DNA of 64,000 nucleotides, taken from IMG/VR virus record IMGVR_UViG_3300029305_003192, one strand, 5' to 3'. The number at the start of each line of letters is the position of its first letter. The first letter of the stretch is position 1. The notes below the pieces were generated by a model. The model saw only the letters and a program-made list of their open reading frames with translations, ran no database searches and was not told where the DNA came from. Made by a program: the position numbers and the translations under genes. The DNA is from a virus (lineage: Duplodnaviria; Caudoviricetes). Positions 9,747-18,082 of this stretch are shown here, one piece after another.

Positions 9747-10532
9747 TTACTTGCTTCTGATGATATCGCTCACACGAGCATTTCTTATGATATTAGAAGC
9801 GACTCTCTTGAGGACCTTATTGGCAATGGTCTTCTTCTCATATGGATAGTCGGTTGGATAGAGAGTTGTATCATTGCAACCTTCATATCTAACCTTAAGT
9901 GCAGTAGCGCTCTCAGCCGGTGTAAGCTGAATATGAATAGTTCTCTGATGGAATGATGTCTTACCTTCTGGATTATCGAGAATCTTCTGAGCAAGCTGCT
10001 TGCCAATGGTTGATTCGGAAATAGTGATCTGATGGTCTTCAGATTCCATATTAACATTGGCAATGAGTACGAGAATCTTGTTGTATGTTGCCTTATCTTC
10101 TGCAACATCCTTTGACTCATCACTCCACATGAATGTCTTATCCTTGCTGCAGATAACGGTAGCCTTCATGATATCAACGCCTGTTGTATCAAGGGAAGTA
10201 ACCATTCTCTGGACTGGAATAGCAATGAAGTATGTTACAGACTTACCTTCCATAGAAGCACATGGTCCTTCGGATAAGATGGATGTAACGTTGCACAGTC
10301 CCTTCTTGGATTCGTCACGAAGGTATGCATGTACACGCTTAGACCAGAATGCATCGATTTCTGGAGAATCGTTGTAGTTGTCAGCGATAATGGTGATAGG
10401 ACCATCTTCCTTGAGGTCACGTGGCTCAACGTTAGTCGGTTCTCTGAGAATTGTGTCGAGTGCGAAGAGGTCGCAATCTCTCTTGTTTTTGTAAAGTTCT
10501 GCGGTGAAAAGGGCTTTGTTAATGAAATTCAT
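9747..10532 (-). CDS. Hypothetical protein
   Basis: 261 aa ORF with AAGGAG RBS. Confidence 0.75.
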   Translation of the reverse strand: MNFINKALFTAELYKNKRDCDLFALDTILREPTNVEPRDLKEDGPITIIADNYNDSPEIDAFWSKRVHAYLRDESKKGLCNVTSILSEGPCASMEGKSVTYFIAIPVQRMVTSLDTTGVDIMKATVICSKDKTFMWSDESKDVAEDKATYNKILVLIANVNMESEDHQITISESTIGKQLAQKILDNPEGKTSFHQRTIHIQLTPAESATALKVRYEGCNDTTLYPTDYPYEKKTIANKVLKRVASNIIRNARVSDIIRSK

Positions 10533-10601
10533 ATTTACTCTCCTTTATATAAAAAAGAACGGATGAGTGGAGTACTCCTCCCACCCGTTCTTCATAATTA
10601 A

Positions 10602-11600
10602 TTAATCGATAAGGTTTGATACAGACAGAGGTCTGAAGAGATCATCAAACTTGTCTCTATATCTGCAAATTGTCTTAGTGAGATTCGGATAAGCCGACTC
10701 ACTGAGGCTTCTGAGGTCTACGCGAACCTCATGTTCGCCATTTTCGAGAGCTCTTGCAAGTCTCTTGATATAAACTTCAAGTACATGCTCTCGTGAATTG
10801 TTATCAGCTCTGTCGAGTGTATCGAGAGCGAACGCTGTAAGGGAATCCCATACCTTGCGTACCTTCTTACTTGACAGTGATTCGATATGTTTGTTGGTTT
10901 CGAGTAAGATGAAGCTTGCAACTTCGTATCTTGACTCCTTGCCAAACAGAGTATCGAAGAACAGCTTCCAATCAACATCATCAAGGTCAGTATCACGATG
11001 GTCAATCATCTGATACATATTGGCAAGTACTGTATTGAGGTACACGCCAACCTTAGGATTGTTGATGAAGCATGGGTCTGGCACCTGCTTGAGTGCCATC
11101 TTGCATACTGCCTTAGGAAGACCAGTTTCCTTAGCGAGCTTCTTAGCATCCTTCTTAACAATGCTAAGGAGTGCATCGTTGAGTCTTTCAACGATTTCTG
11201 CATATTTGCGTACCTGGTCCTGTTTTGATTCTGCTTCTCTCTTCTTAAGATCACCTTCAGCAAACTGTCTGTCGATGCCCTTATAAGCGGCATTAATTGA
11301 ATCGATGCCGAAATTTACTACAGACAGCAGGAATGTTGCTGTAGAACGACCGAACTTATTAGGTTCGTCTTCGATAAGCTCGCAGAGAAGTTCGAGCTTG
11401 CGTGGGTTGTCACAGATACCACCGTATACACCTTCAATGATGCCGGAGTAGTCTGTTATCTCACCTTTAGATGGATTAAATAACCATCCGTAGAAATCTG
11501 TGGAGCGAAGATACTCTCTCATGATCTTCTTCCACTTTTCTGCCTTCTTGATGTCCTTCTGGACAAAGTCCAGAAACATATTAGCATTGAACACTTTCAC
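10602..11600 (-). CDS. Hypothetical helical protein
   Basis: 332 aa, GTG start with AAGGAGG RBS. Confidence 0.75.
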   Translation of the reverse strand: MKVFNANMFLDFVQKDIKKAEKWKKIMREYLRSTDFYGWLFNPSKGEITDYSGIIEGVYGGICDNPRKLELLCELIEDEPNKFGRSTATFLLSVVNFGIDSINAAYKGIDRQFAEGDLKKREAESKQDQVRKYAEIVERLNDALLSIVKKDAKKLAKETGLPKAVCKMALKQVPDPCFINNPKVGVYLNTVLANMYQMIDHRDTDLDDVDWKLFFDTLFGKESRYEVASFILLETNKHIESLSSKKVRKVWDSLTAFALDTLDRADNNSREHVLEVYIKRLARALENGEHEVRVDLRSLSESAYPNLTKTICRYRDKFDDLFRPLSVSNLID

Positions 11601-11633
11601 GTTCCTCCTTAAAAATTAGATTAGATAGTAGTT

Positions 11634-11663
11634 GCACCCAATGTGAAATATCACATTGGGTGC
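11634..11663. terminator. Intergenic hairpin
   Basis: GCACCCAATGTGA...TCACATTGGGTGC. Confidence 0.7.
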
Positions 11664-11668
11664 TTTCC

Positions 11669-11686
11669 TATCATATATCTTTGAAA
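11669..11686 (-). promoter_or_regulatory. Putative early/middle phage promoter
   Basis: TTTCAAAGATATATGATA; near-identical to the motif at 46748-46764. Confidence 0.4.
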
Positions 11687-12886
11687 TTAAAGACTGGATG
11701 TAAGGAAGTCTGGAAGTTCTTCAACTTCTTCATTTCCTACATTGTTTGCAGAACCCAGAATTTTGTCAACCTGTGGGTTCTTTGCATATGAAGCAAATGC
11801 CTTTGCATTATCAGCAATGCTGTAGCTTCTTTCCTTAATGGAATCCTCATATGCATTGACTCTCTCGATACAACGATTGAGTCTGTCGTATGGCATACTC
11901 TGACCTGATACCAACATACCAAACTTAGCAGTTGGCTGGTCAGTGATTCCATAGTTTACAAAGATTTCGAACGGCTCACCGAGAGCATTGAAGAGTTCGG
12001 AATAGTCTGCCTTCTTAACTGGGTCGTCGATATTATCATCGACTTCGAGGCAGATGCCGAAATACTTCGAAAGCTTGTCTCTCTGTGGGTTTACTACAGA
12101 TGTCTTTGCAAGACGAGTTGTAATAATCTTCTGAATACCATTATCAGAGACCTCACTCATCTTGATACCTTCTGCAGAGAATGCTGTAATCATACCCTTA
12201 CAGGAAATGATTGTGAGCATATTACGCTCATCAATCATACCATACTTTGTCATGATTGCATAATCGCCGCGAACTGTCTTAACGGCTCCTACGATATCTG
12301 CCGCTACCATGGTGTAAGATTCCTCAATATTATACTCAGTATACTTCTCGAGGTCGAATACCATGTATGGAATGTTCTTGCTCTTGTTGATAAGTTCAAC
12401 TTCAGAGAAGAACTGAATAGCATTCTGCTGGCTATTGATAGACTCGGAGAGTCTTGGAAGGATACCAATCAGAATGATATTTTTACTAGGGTACTTGCTG
12501 GAAAGCTGGAATGCGATAGTTGGTGCAATACCAGAACCAGTACCGCCAGCGGTGGATGCAATCACGAAGATTACATCCTTATCGCTTACAAAGTCAACGA
12601 ATTCGGGACCACTCATAAGCTTCTGAGACTGGTCCCATTCGCTATAGAGCTTCTTAGCGATTTCTCTGTTACGACCAGCACCTCTACCAAGAGATGCTGA
12701 GTCTTCGATGATGTAGCTTCTTACACCCTGAGGAACCACGGTATTGTCCAGGTCCCTTGCGGATGAGTTAATAAGAATGGTTTCTACACCATTCTTGTGA
12801 AGTTCGACGCCGGCCTGACCGCCGCCGTTACCAATACAGATTGCACCGACTTTAAGTGCAACCTGATTAATTCTCTCCGTTGTCAT
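11687..12886 (-). CDS. Tubulin/FtsZ-family GTPase (PhuZ/TubZ-like)
   Basis: IGNGGGQAG, INSSARDL, GRGAGRN, signature AGGTGSG, T7-loop-like GMIDERN. Confidence 0.9.
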   Translation of the reverse strand: MTTERINQVALKVGAICIGNGGGQAGVELHKNGVETILINSSARDLDNTVVPQGVRSYIIEDSASLGRGAGRNREIAKKLYSEWDQSQKLMSGPEFVDFVSDKDVIFVIASTAGGTGSGIAPTIAFQLSSKYPSKNIILIGILPRLSESINSQQNAIQFFSEVELINKSKNIPYMVFDLEKYTEYNIEESYTMVAADIVGAVKTVRGDYAIMTKYGMIDERNMLTIISCKGMITAFSAEGIKMSEVSDNGIQKIITTRLAKTSVVNPQRDKLSKYFGICLEVDDNIDDPVKKADYSELFNALGEPFEIFVNYGITDQPTAKFGMLVSGQSMPYDRLNRCIERVNAYEDSIKERSYSIADNAKAFASYAKNPQVDKILGSANNVGNEEVEELPDFLTSSL

Positions 12887-13811
12887 TGCTTTCTTCCTCC
12901 TCAGGAATATTAGTTTCTTTTACGCTTTCGTCTTCAGCGATATCTTCATCAAAGAGTTCATCGCCTTCAGGGCAGTATTCCTCATCATCAGATGGGCCGC
13001 AATCCTCATTTACAAATTCCTCAATATCCTCTTCATCAGAGTTATCTGTGAAGATATCATCATCTGGGTCGTCAACACCTTCGAGGAGAATATCCAATGG
13101 TTTTGATTTGATGACCTGGAAATCATATAAATAGTATTTCGTTGGATCCATCTCTCTCTTGCATTTCTCCTCGACTTCCACCGATGGTGGGGCGATTAGG
13201 CATACTGCCTTAGAAGCATACTGGTCGCTCTTGTCGACAATATCATCAACAGTTATTGGGCTGTTGATGAATTCCGCATGCTCGAAGAGCTTGTTAAACA
13301 TCTTAAGCTTGCGAATTTCAAAGCATCTCTCGCCGCAGATGGTGAAATAGCTGGTATCAACATATTCATCGATGATGGATCGGATCACCCTTTCAAGGAT
13401 GACCACTATTGAGTCATTGGTATCAAGAGCACATGCCTCATCGAACCTATCCGCCTCCATACCAACTATTTCGAAGGTACATTTATTCTTACCTTCGGGT
13501 ATGACTTTAACACCCTTCTTTACGGACATTCCAGTATAATCCCTGAGGTCCATCAGGAATGATACAGTCTCCCAGTCGTCGGTTGCCCCGTGAAGGAATA
13601 CCTCTGGCCAAATACATGGTATGCTCGGTTTCGGCTGACTTTCATTCCCAATCGGGTTTGATAAAATTGGATTAGCCACAGCGCCATATGTGCTATTGAA
13701 TTTAATCTGCTCCATACTGTTACGTAATGAGAGCATATCGTTCTGCTTACGCAGATATTTAACCTTCTTACGGAGTTTCTTAAATTCCTTCTTCGATATC
13801 TTCTTAGCCAT
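12867..13811 (-). CDS. Hypothetical protein with basic N-terminus and very acidic C-terminus
   Basis: Start at ATG 13811 (GAGGAGG RBS); D/E-rich tail. Confidence 0.75.
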   Translation of the reverse strand: MAKKISKKEFKKLRKKVKYLRKQNDMLSLRNSMEQIKFNSTYGAVANPILSNPIGNESQPKPSIPCIWPEVFLHGATDDWETVSFLMDLRDYTGMSVKKGVKVIPEGKNKCTFEIVGMEADRFDEACALDTNDSIVVILERVIRSIIDEYVDTSYFTICGERCFEIRKLKMFNKLFEHAEFINSPITVDDIVDKSDQYASKAVCLIAPPSVEVEEKCKREMDPTKYYLYDFQVIKSKPLDILLEGVDDPDDDIFTDNSDEEDIEEFVNEDCGPSDDEEYCPEGDELFDEDIAEDESVKETNIPEEEESNDNGEN

Positions 13812-14574
13812 TGTTTTCTTCCTCCTCTTTGATTGTGAAGTCGATATTCTTAGTATCGTATATTGGGTTATACTCAAATGTCATAACCAGCTTCATGAGC
13901 TGGTATTCATAAGAGTACCCATTTTTTGGGACTTCGGCAGATTCGTAGATCATAAAGTCGTCGTCGGTATTGATGTCCTCAAAGTCATTGACACCACGCA
14001 GTACTTCAAAGTCATCGACATCATCGACCATTGATGTTACCGATGCTGCGAGATTTACCAGGTTGATATTATCGGGCTTATAAGTATCAACGCTTTCGAG
14101 CAGTCTTCTCACCGCTGCGTCAATGACAGACGATGCGGTGTTGTATGAAAGACGGAGCTGATTTTCGTCATATTCACTTGATGTAGCGAAGTTGAATACT
14201 ACACTCTTATCATCTTCACCATTTGGATTGAAGCTAAAGTATCTTGTGACTGAATCACCGAGATGGTCGATGAGAACTGCTGTAAATGTCATGATGTAAC
14301 CATATGGTGTTGTAAGCTTTGCAATCTTGCCGAGATTTACCTTATCGAAGTAGAAACGCATAGTTTCATCATCGTTAGGTCCACATGTCGTAGTTTCTAC
14401 TGGTGACACGCGTACTTCTGGAACTCTGATTACGTCGTCTTCTTTCGGCTTATTACCGAACTTCTCAGCAATGACCATATCAGTCAATGTGCGCTGGTTG
14501 GTAGCCATATCAGCTACCAGTTTTTCAAGTGTTTTTACTCTCTTCTCGAGAGTCTTTTTGGTTTTCTTACCCAT
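13804..14574 (-). CDS. Hypothetical protein with N-terminal Lys-rich coiled coil
   Basis: Start at ATG 14574 (AAAGGA RBS). Confidence 0.7.
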   Translation of the reverse strand: MGKKTKKTLEKRVKTLEKLVADMATNQRTLTDMVIAEKFGNKPKEDDVIRVPEVRVSPVETTTCGPNDDETMRFYFDKVNLGKIAKLTTPYGYIMTFTAVLIDHLGDSVTRYFSFNPNGEDDKSVVFNFATSSEYDENQLRLSYNTASSVIDAAVRRLLESVDTYKPDNINLVNLAASVTSMVDDVDDFEVLRGVNDFEDINTDDDFMIYESAEVPKNGYSYEYQLMKLVMTFEYNPIYDTKNIDFTIKEEEENNG

Positions 14575-14636
14575 AAGTAAAACCATCCTTTCTGTTAATA
14601 TTTTCGAAAATATTGATGGCGTCATCGTCATCTAAG

Positions 14637-14656
14637 CAATGATATATACTTTAAAA
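14637..14656 (-). promoter_or_regulatory. Putative early phage promoter
   Basis: TTTTAAAGTATATATCATTG; TATATATCAT core also at 23733 and 25969. Confidence 0.5.
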
Positions 14657-14688
14657 CCCCATAGCCACTGTAGGGCTATGGGGTTTTA
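14652..14688. terminator. Intergenic hairpin, 15-bp stem
   Basis: TAAAACCCCATAGCC...GGCTATGGGGTTTTA. Confidence 0.75.
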
Positions 14689-14694
14689 TATTAG

Positions 14695-15426
14695 TTACTT
14701 AGCTTTCTTTCTTGGAGATGCAAGCAGTTTACTACCACTAATGATGTTAGTCTTCATACCTGCAGAGGTATAATACACATCAAGGGTATTGACTGCCGTC
14801 TTATCCTCAGGCAATGATTCGAGTTCACCAAGATAACATACGCCATCTGTAGCGATTCTGTTATATGCCTGGTTCTTAGCCATCTCATCATCGGCACGGA
14901 ATCCGAGGAATTCCTTAAGAGTATTATTAGCACCATATGCACTGAGGGCATATGTCTCAACATTAGAGATTCTCGCATTCTTATCCTGACCAGATACCTG
15001 ACCAGTTATAGAGCTTCTCTTATTGATACTTGTGGAACCGCTGTTCTTATGATGAACCGTCTGTGGAAGACGTTTCTCGTGTATATAACCAACCGGAACT
15101 TTATCCGGTGTAACAACTACTGGTCCGTCTTTACCATTCAGATGTGGAATACATACCCTTTCATAAAGAGGGATACCAAAGAGGTCTGCGGCCTTCTGAA
15201 TATATTCAAGTTTCGCCGGTCGTTCATATTCGTCGATCTCCCAGTAGAAGTTGTGCTCAAATGCTTCGTCGAGCCAAAGTACCCACTTATCGAATTCCTT
15301 ATCGGATACCTTGTCCCACTTTTCATGATAGAATTTAGTATTAGTACCTGTAGGGTCTAATGCATTGAAGAGTTTATCCAGGTCCGCCATGAAATCGGCT
15401 CTGGCCTTATTTGAGTATGTGGGCAT
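14695..15426 (-). CDS. Small RNA polymerase beta C-terminal subunit (probably virion RNAP, phiKZ gp149-like)
   Basis: PVGYIHEKRLPQ, SITGQV, RISNVETYALSAYGANNTLKEFLGFRADD matches the RpoB region-I pattern (RFGEME.WAL.AYGA...L.E.LT..SDD). Confidence 0.85.
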   Translation of the reverse strand: MPTYSNKARADFMADLDKLFNALDPTGTNTKFYHEKWDKVSDKEFDKWVLWLDEAFEHNFYWEIDEYERPAKLEYIQKAADLFGIPLYERVCIPHLNGKDGPVVVTPDKVPVGYIHEKRLPQTVHHKNSGSTSINKRSSITGQVSGQDKNARISNVETYALSAYGANNTLKEFLGFRADDEMAKNQAYNRIATDGVCYLGELESLPEDKTAVNTLDVYYTSAGMKTNIISGSKLLASPRKKAK

Positions 15427-15440
15427 AATTAATCCTCCTT

Positions 15441-16718
15441 TTATCTCTTCGTCGATACTACAAGGACGAAGTAAAGATAGATTGCCTTACGATAACGATT
15501 AAGAGTATCAGGTCTTGTAGATGACCTATATGTATTGGAACCTCTTGAAAGCCATACATGACTAAGTTCCTTAATACGAATAATATTCTTATCGTTACTA
15601 TTACCCTTCTTATAAATCGAGTCGCCGGCAACGAAGAACTTGTTAGAGTTTACATCACTCTTAGTTGCCTTCGGATATTCTTCAAAGAATAACTGGAAGA
15701 GGCAGTTATAGAACTCACGAACTTCACGAGCATTATTCTCATCATGTAATAGAGAAATACATGTACGAAGTTCATTATCTGCAACTGCACAAAGTTTCGC
15801 AACTGTTGATACTACCTGGGTATTGACGCGTTCCTGGAAGAACTGCATTGTATACTGACCAGCAAGGGTATCGACAAGTGCAATGTGACTCTCTCTATCA
15901 ACAAGAAAATCACCTTCGTCATTACGTTCTATAGCTTCGAAGTAACGATTACCTTTATCGTAGTTCTTCTGATACTCACCACGGATAGACCTCATCTTAT
16001 GTGCAACACGAGTCTTGAATGCGTTGATAAGATTAATGATATCCATATCGCCACATTCCTTGAGGTTTGTCTTGTATGTAGTACAAGCTACTGCCATTGT
16101 ATCGTCGAGCATGCCTTCAAGCGAGCCACACTTCTTGAGGTCAAATTTGTTAGTCATATTATTGACTGTGAACTTCATACAGTCCATATTGATATTGGAT
16201 TCTGAGATGAAGAATGTCGTATATACACTGAAATAGAACGAGTATGCATAGTATAGATAAACTGCTCTGAACTTCTCGGGCTGGTCCATATAATGCGACA
16301 TAGCCATGATAAGGGCAACTCTGATAGGAATGATATTAGCAGCATCACCGCCGGATGGTCCAGCTTTATCAAGCTTAACTTCTTTAAGAGTCTTCTTGAG
16401 TACTTCGGCTAATTCATCCTCATCGATACCACATGCACGGTATACTACCTTAGCATCTTCACCGCGGGTATTAAATGGAATAATCTTCTCGATGTATGGA
16501 GAAGATAAAGCTGTGATATTTCTATCACGGAATTTAGCAATATGCATAAAGAGTGCCTTCTCATTAGCAGGCTTTGATAAGTTAGTTGCCACTGTATCGT
16601 AGAATGCATTCTTCAGATTATATGAGTTGATTCTTTCTATCCCGGTTGCGGCCTCCATGGCCATATCCCAGTCATCATATTCTAAGAGATAATCAAAGAA
16701 AAAATCATAGTTTGACAT
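15441..16718 (-). CDS. Putative virion structural protein
   Basis: 425 aa; acidic N-terminus ending in AMEA (AxE site); late-type motif upstream; adjacent to the vRNAP subunit. Confidence 0.55.
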   Translation of the reverse strand: MSNYDFFFDYLLEYDDWDMAMEAATGIERINSYNLKNAFYDTVATNLSKPANEKALFMHIAKFRDRNITALSSPYIEKIIPFNTRGEDAKVVYRACGIDEDELAEVLKKTLKEVKLDKAGPSGGDAANIIPIRVALIMAMSHYMDQPEKFRAVYLYYAYSFYFSVYTTFFISESNINMDCMKFTVNNMTNKFDLKKCGSLEGMLDDTMAVACTTYKTNLKECGDMDIINLINAFKTRVAHKMRSIRGEYQKNYDKGNRYFEAIERNDEGDFLVDRESHIALVDTLAGQYTMQFFQERVNTQVVSTVAKLCAVADNELRTCISLLHDENNAREVREFYNCLFQLFFEEYPKATKSDVNSNKFFVAGDSIYKKGNSNDKNIIRIKELSHVWLSRGSNTYRSSTRPDTLNRYRKAIYLYFVLVVSTKR

Positions 16719-16749
16719 AAATTATTATCCCTCGCTTTCACATAGCATT

Positions 16750-16761
16750 TAAATGCCTGTT
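16750..16761 (-). promoter_or_regulatory. Putative late promoter AACA-N6-TA
   Basis: AACAGGCATTTA upstream of 16718. Confidence 0.55.
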
Positions 16762-16781
16762 CGAGCGAGGGATTTCATGGA

Positions 16782-18014
16782 TTATGTTAAGTCGTATTTT
16801 GTCCACTTATCTGACTCAAATGCACAGTCCTGTGGTGTTCCTGGTAAGAAGAGTGTCGCGAGATTATCATTATCGTCATATATCTCGATGAACGAAACCT
16901 GATAAAATACAGAGTCATGTATCATATCGTACACTTTCTTCTGTGCATACTTGAGTATCATCTTCTTCGCTTCTTCTTCGGGCATGTTGTAGTCACACAG
17001 CTGATCGTTTGTACAATATGTCTGCACAATCTGATGATTAGTATCGTCCACTGCGGCATGGAACCCAATACGTAGGTATTTATAATTATCAGTATTATAT
17101 GCAAGATAACTACATACGTCTTCATCACTTACCGCTGATGTGATAGCTCCGTAATTAGATATGGACGTAGTGAAGAGCAAATAACCCTTGATACTGGAGT
17201 GCTTCCACAGTGTATAGATAATGTCGTCTATTTTAACGTGTACCGACTCGGCACTTGTACTATTCGGGTCCTTACACATCTCCGCAAGACGCTTGGACGT
17301 ACAAACTTCCCTGAAGAATGAGAGTTTCTCGTTTGTCTCAGCATAACTGTGTGCTATACAGAACACTTCCGAATTCGTTGCGAGAATCTTATGCTTCTCA
17401 TCACGAAGGAATTTGGATATATTATCGGATGCATCAGATATCTCAGTAATTGAATACTTAGGGATATTTTTGATTCTGATAGGTCCGTTATCTGGTTCAG
17501 TGGTTTTTGTCTCTTCGGGAGATGTTTCGTCGTCATCCAAGTCAATAAATCTTTCCGGATTTACTATATCGACCAGCTCCTGAACACGTCTGTTATTTGC
17601 AAGTATATTCACCTTATACAGACGAACCTCAATAATATCAGTTATATCATCAGCTATGTCCTCGATAATCTTCTCGGTGTCGGGGTAATTGGCACTGTCA
17701 TAGCCCTTGGTGATAGTTCTGACAATATCTGGGTCTTCATCAGTATCGTTAGCATAGAATACCTCAACGAAGAAGTTCTTAATTTCAAGCTGCTCTATGA
17801 GTTCGCACCACTTATTAACCAACATGGGTATTCTCTTGAGTGTGGTTAATGATGCCATATGTGTAAGATTCAGATAATCGTCATCAGTACAATCCCACTC
17901 GATAGCAAGGCCTGTCTGAAGTGGTCTTATATTAAGCTTTCTTGGACAATCGTTGGTTTTATTATTGAGTACATACTGTCCAATATGCTCAATAAATTTC
18001 TGTAAGTTCATCAT
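16782..18014 (-). CDS. Hypothetical protein
   Basis: Start at ATG 18014 (AAGGAG RBS). Confidence 0.7.
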   Translation of the reverse strand: MMNLQKFIEHIGQYVLNNKTNDCPRKLNIRPLQTGLAIEWDCTDDDYLNLTHMASLTTLKRIPMLVNKWCELIEQLEIKNFFVEVFYANDTDEDPDIVRTITKGYDSANYPDTEKIIEDIADDITDIIEVRLYKVNILANNRRVQELVDIVNPERFIDLDDDETSPEETKTTEPDNGPIRIKNIPKYSITEISDASDNISKFLRDEKHKILATNSEVFCIAHSYAETNEKLSFFREVCTSKRLAEMCKDPNSTSAESVHVKIDDIIYTLWKHSSIKGYLLFTTSISNYGAITSAVSDEDVCSYLAYNTDNYKYLRIGFHAAVDDTNHQIVQTYCTNDQLCDYNMPEEEAKKMILKYAQKKVYDMIHDSVFYQVSFIEIYDDNDNLATLFLPGTPQDCAFESDKWTKYDLT

Positions 18015-18039
18015 AAGTATTCTCCTTCCATACTTTAAA

Positions 18040-18067
18040 GACCCCAAGGCAAATCGTCCTTGGGGTC
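18040..18067. terminator. Intergenic hairpin after the topoisomerase genes
   Basis: GACCCCAAGG...CCTTGGGGTC. Confidence 0.65.
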
Positions 18068-18082
18068 ATAGATAATTTTGAC

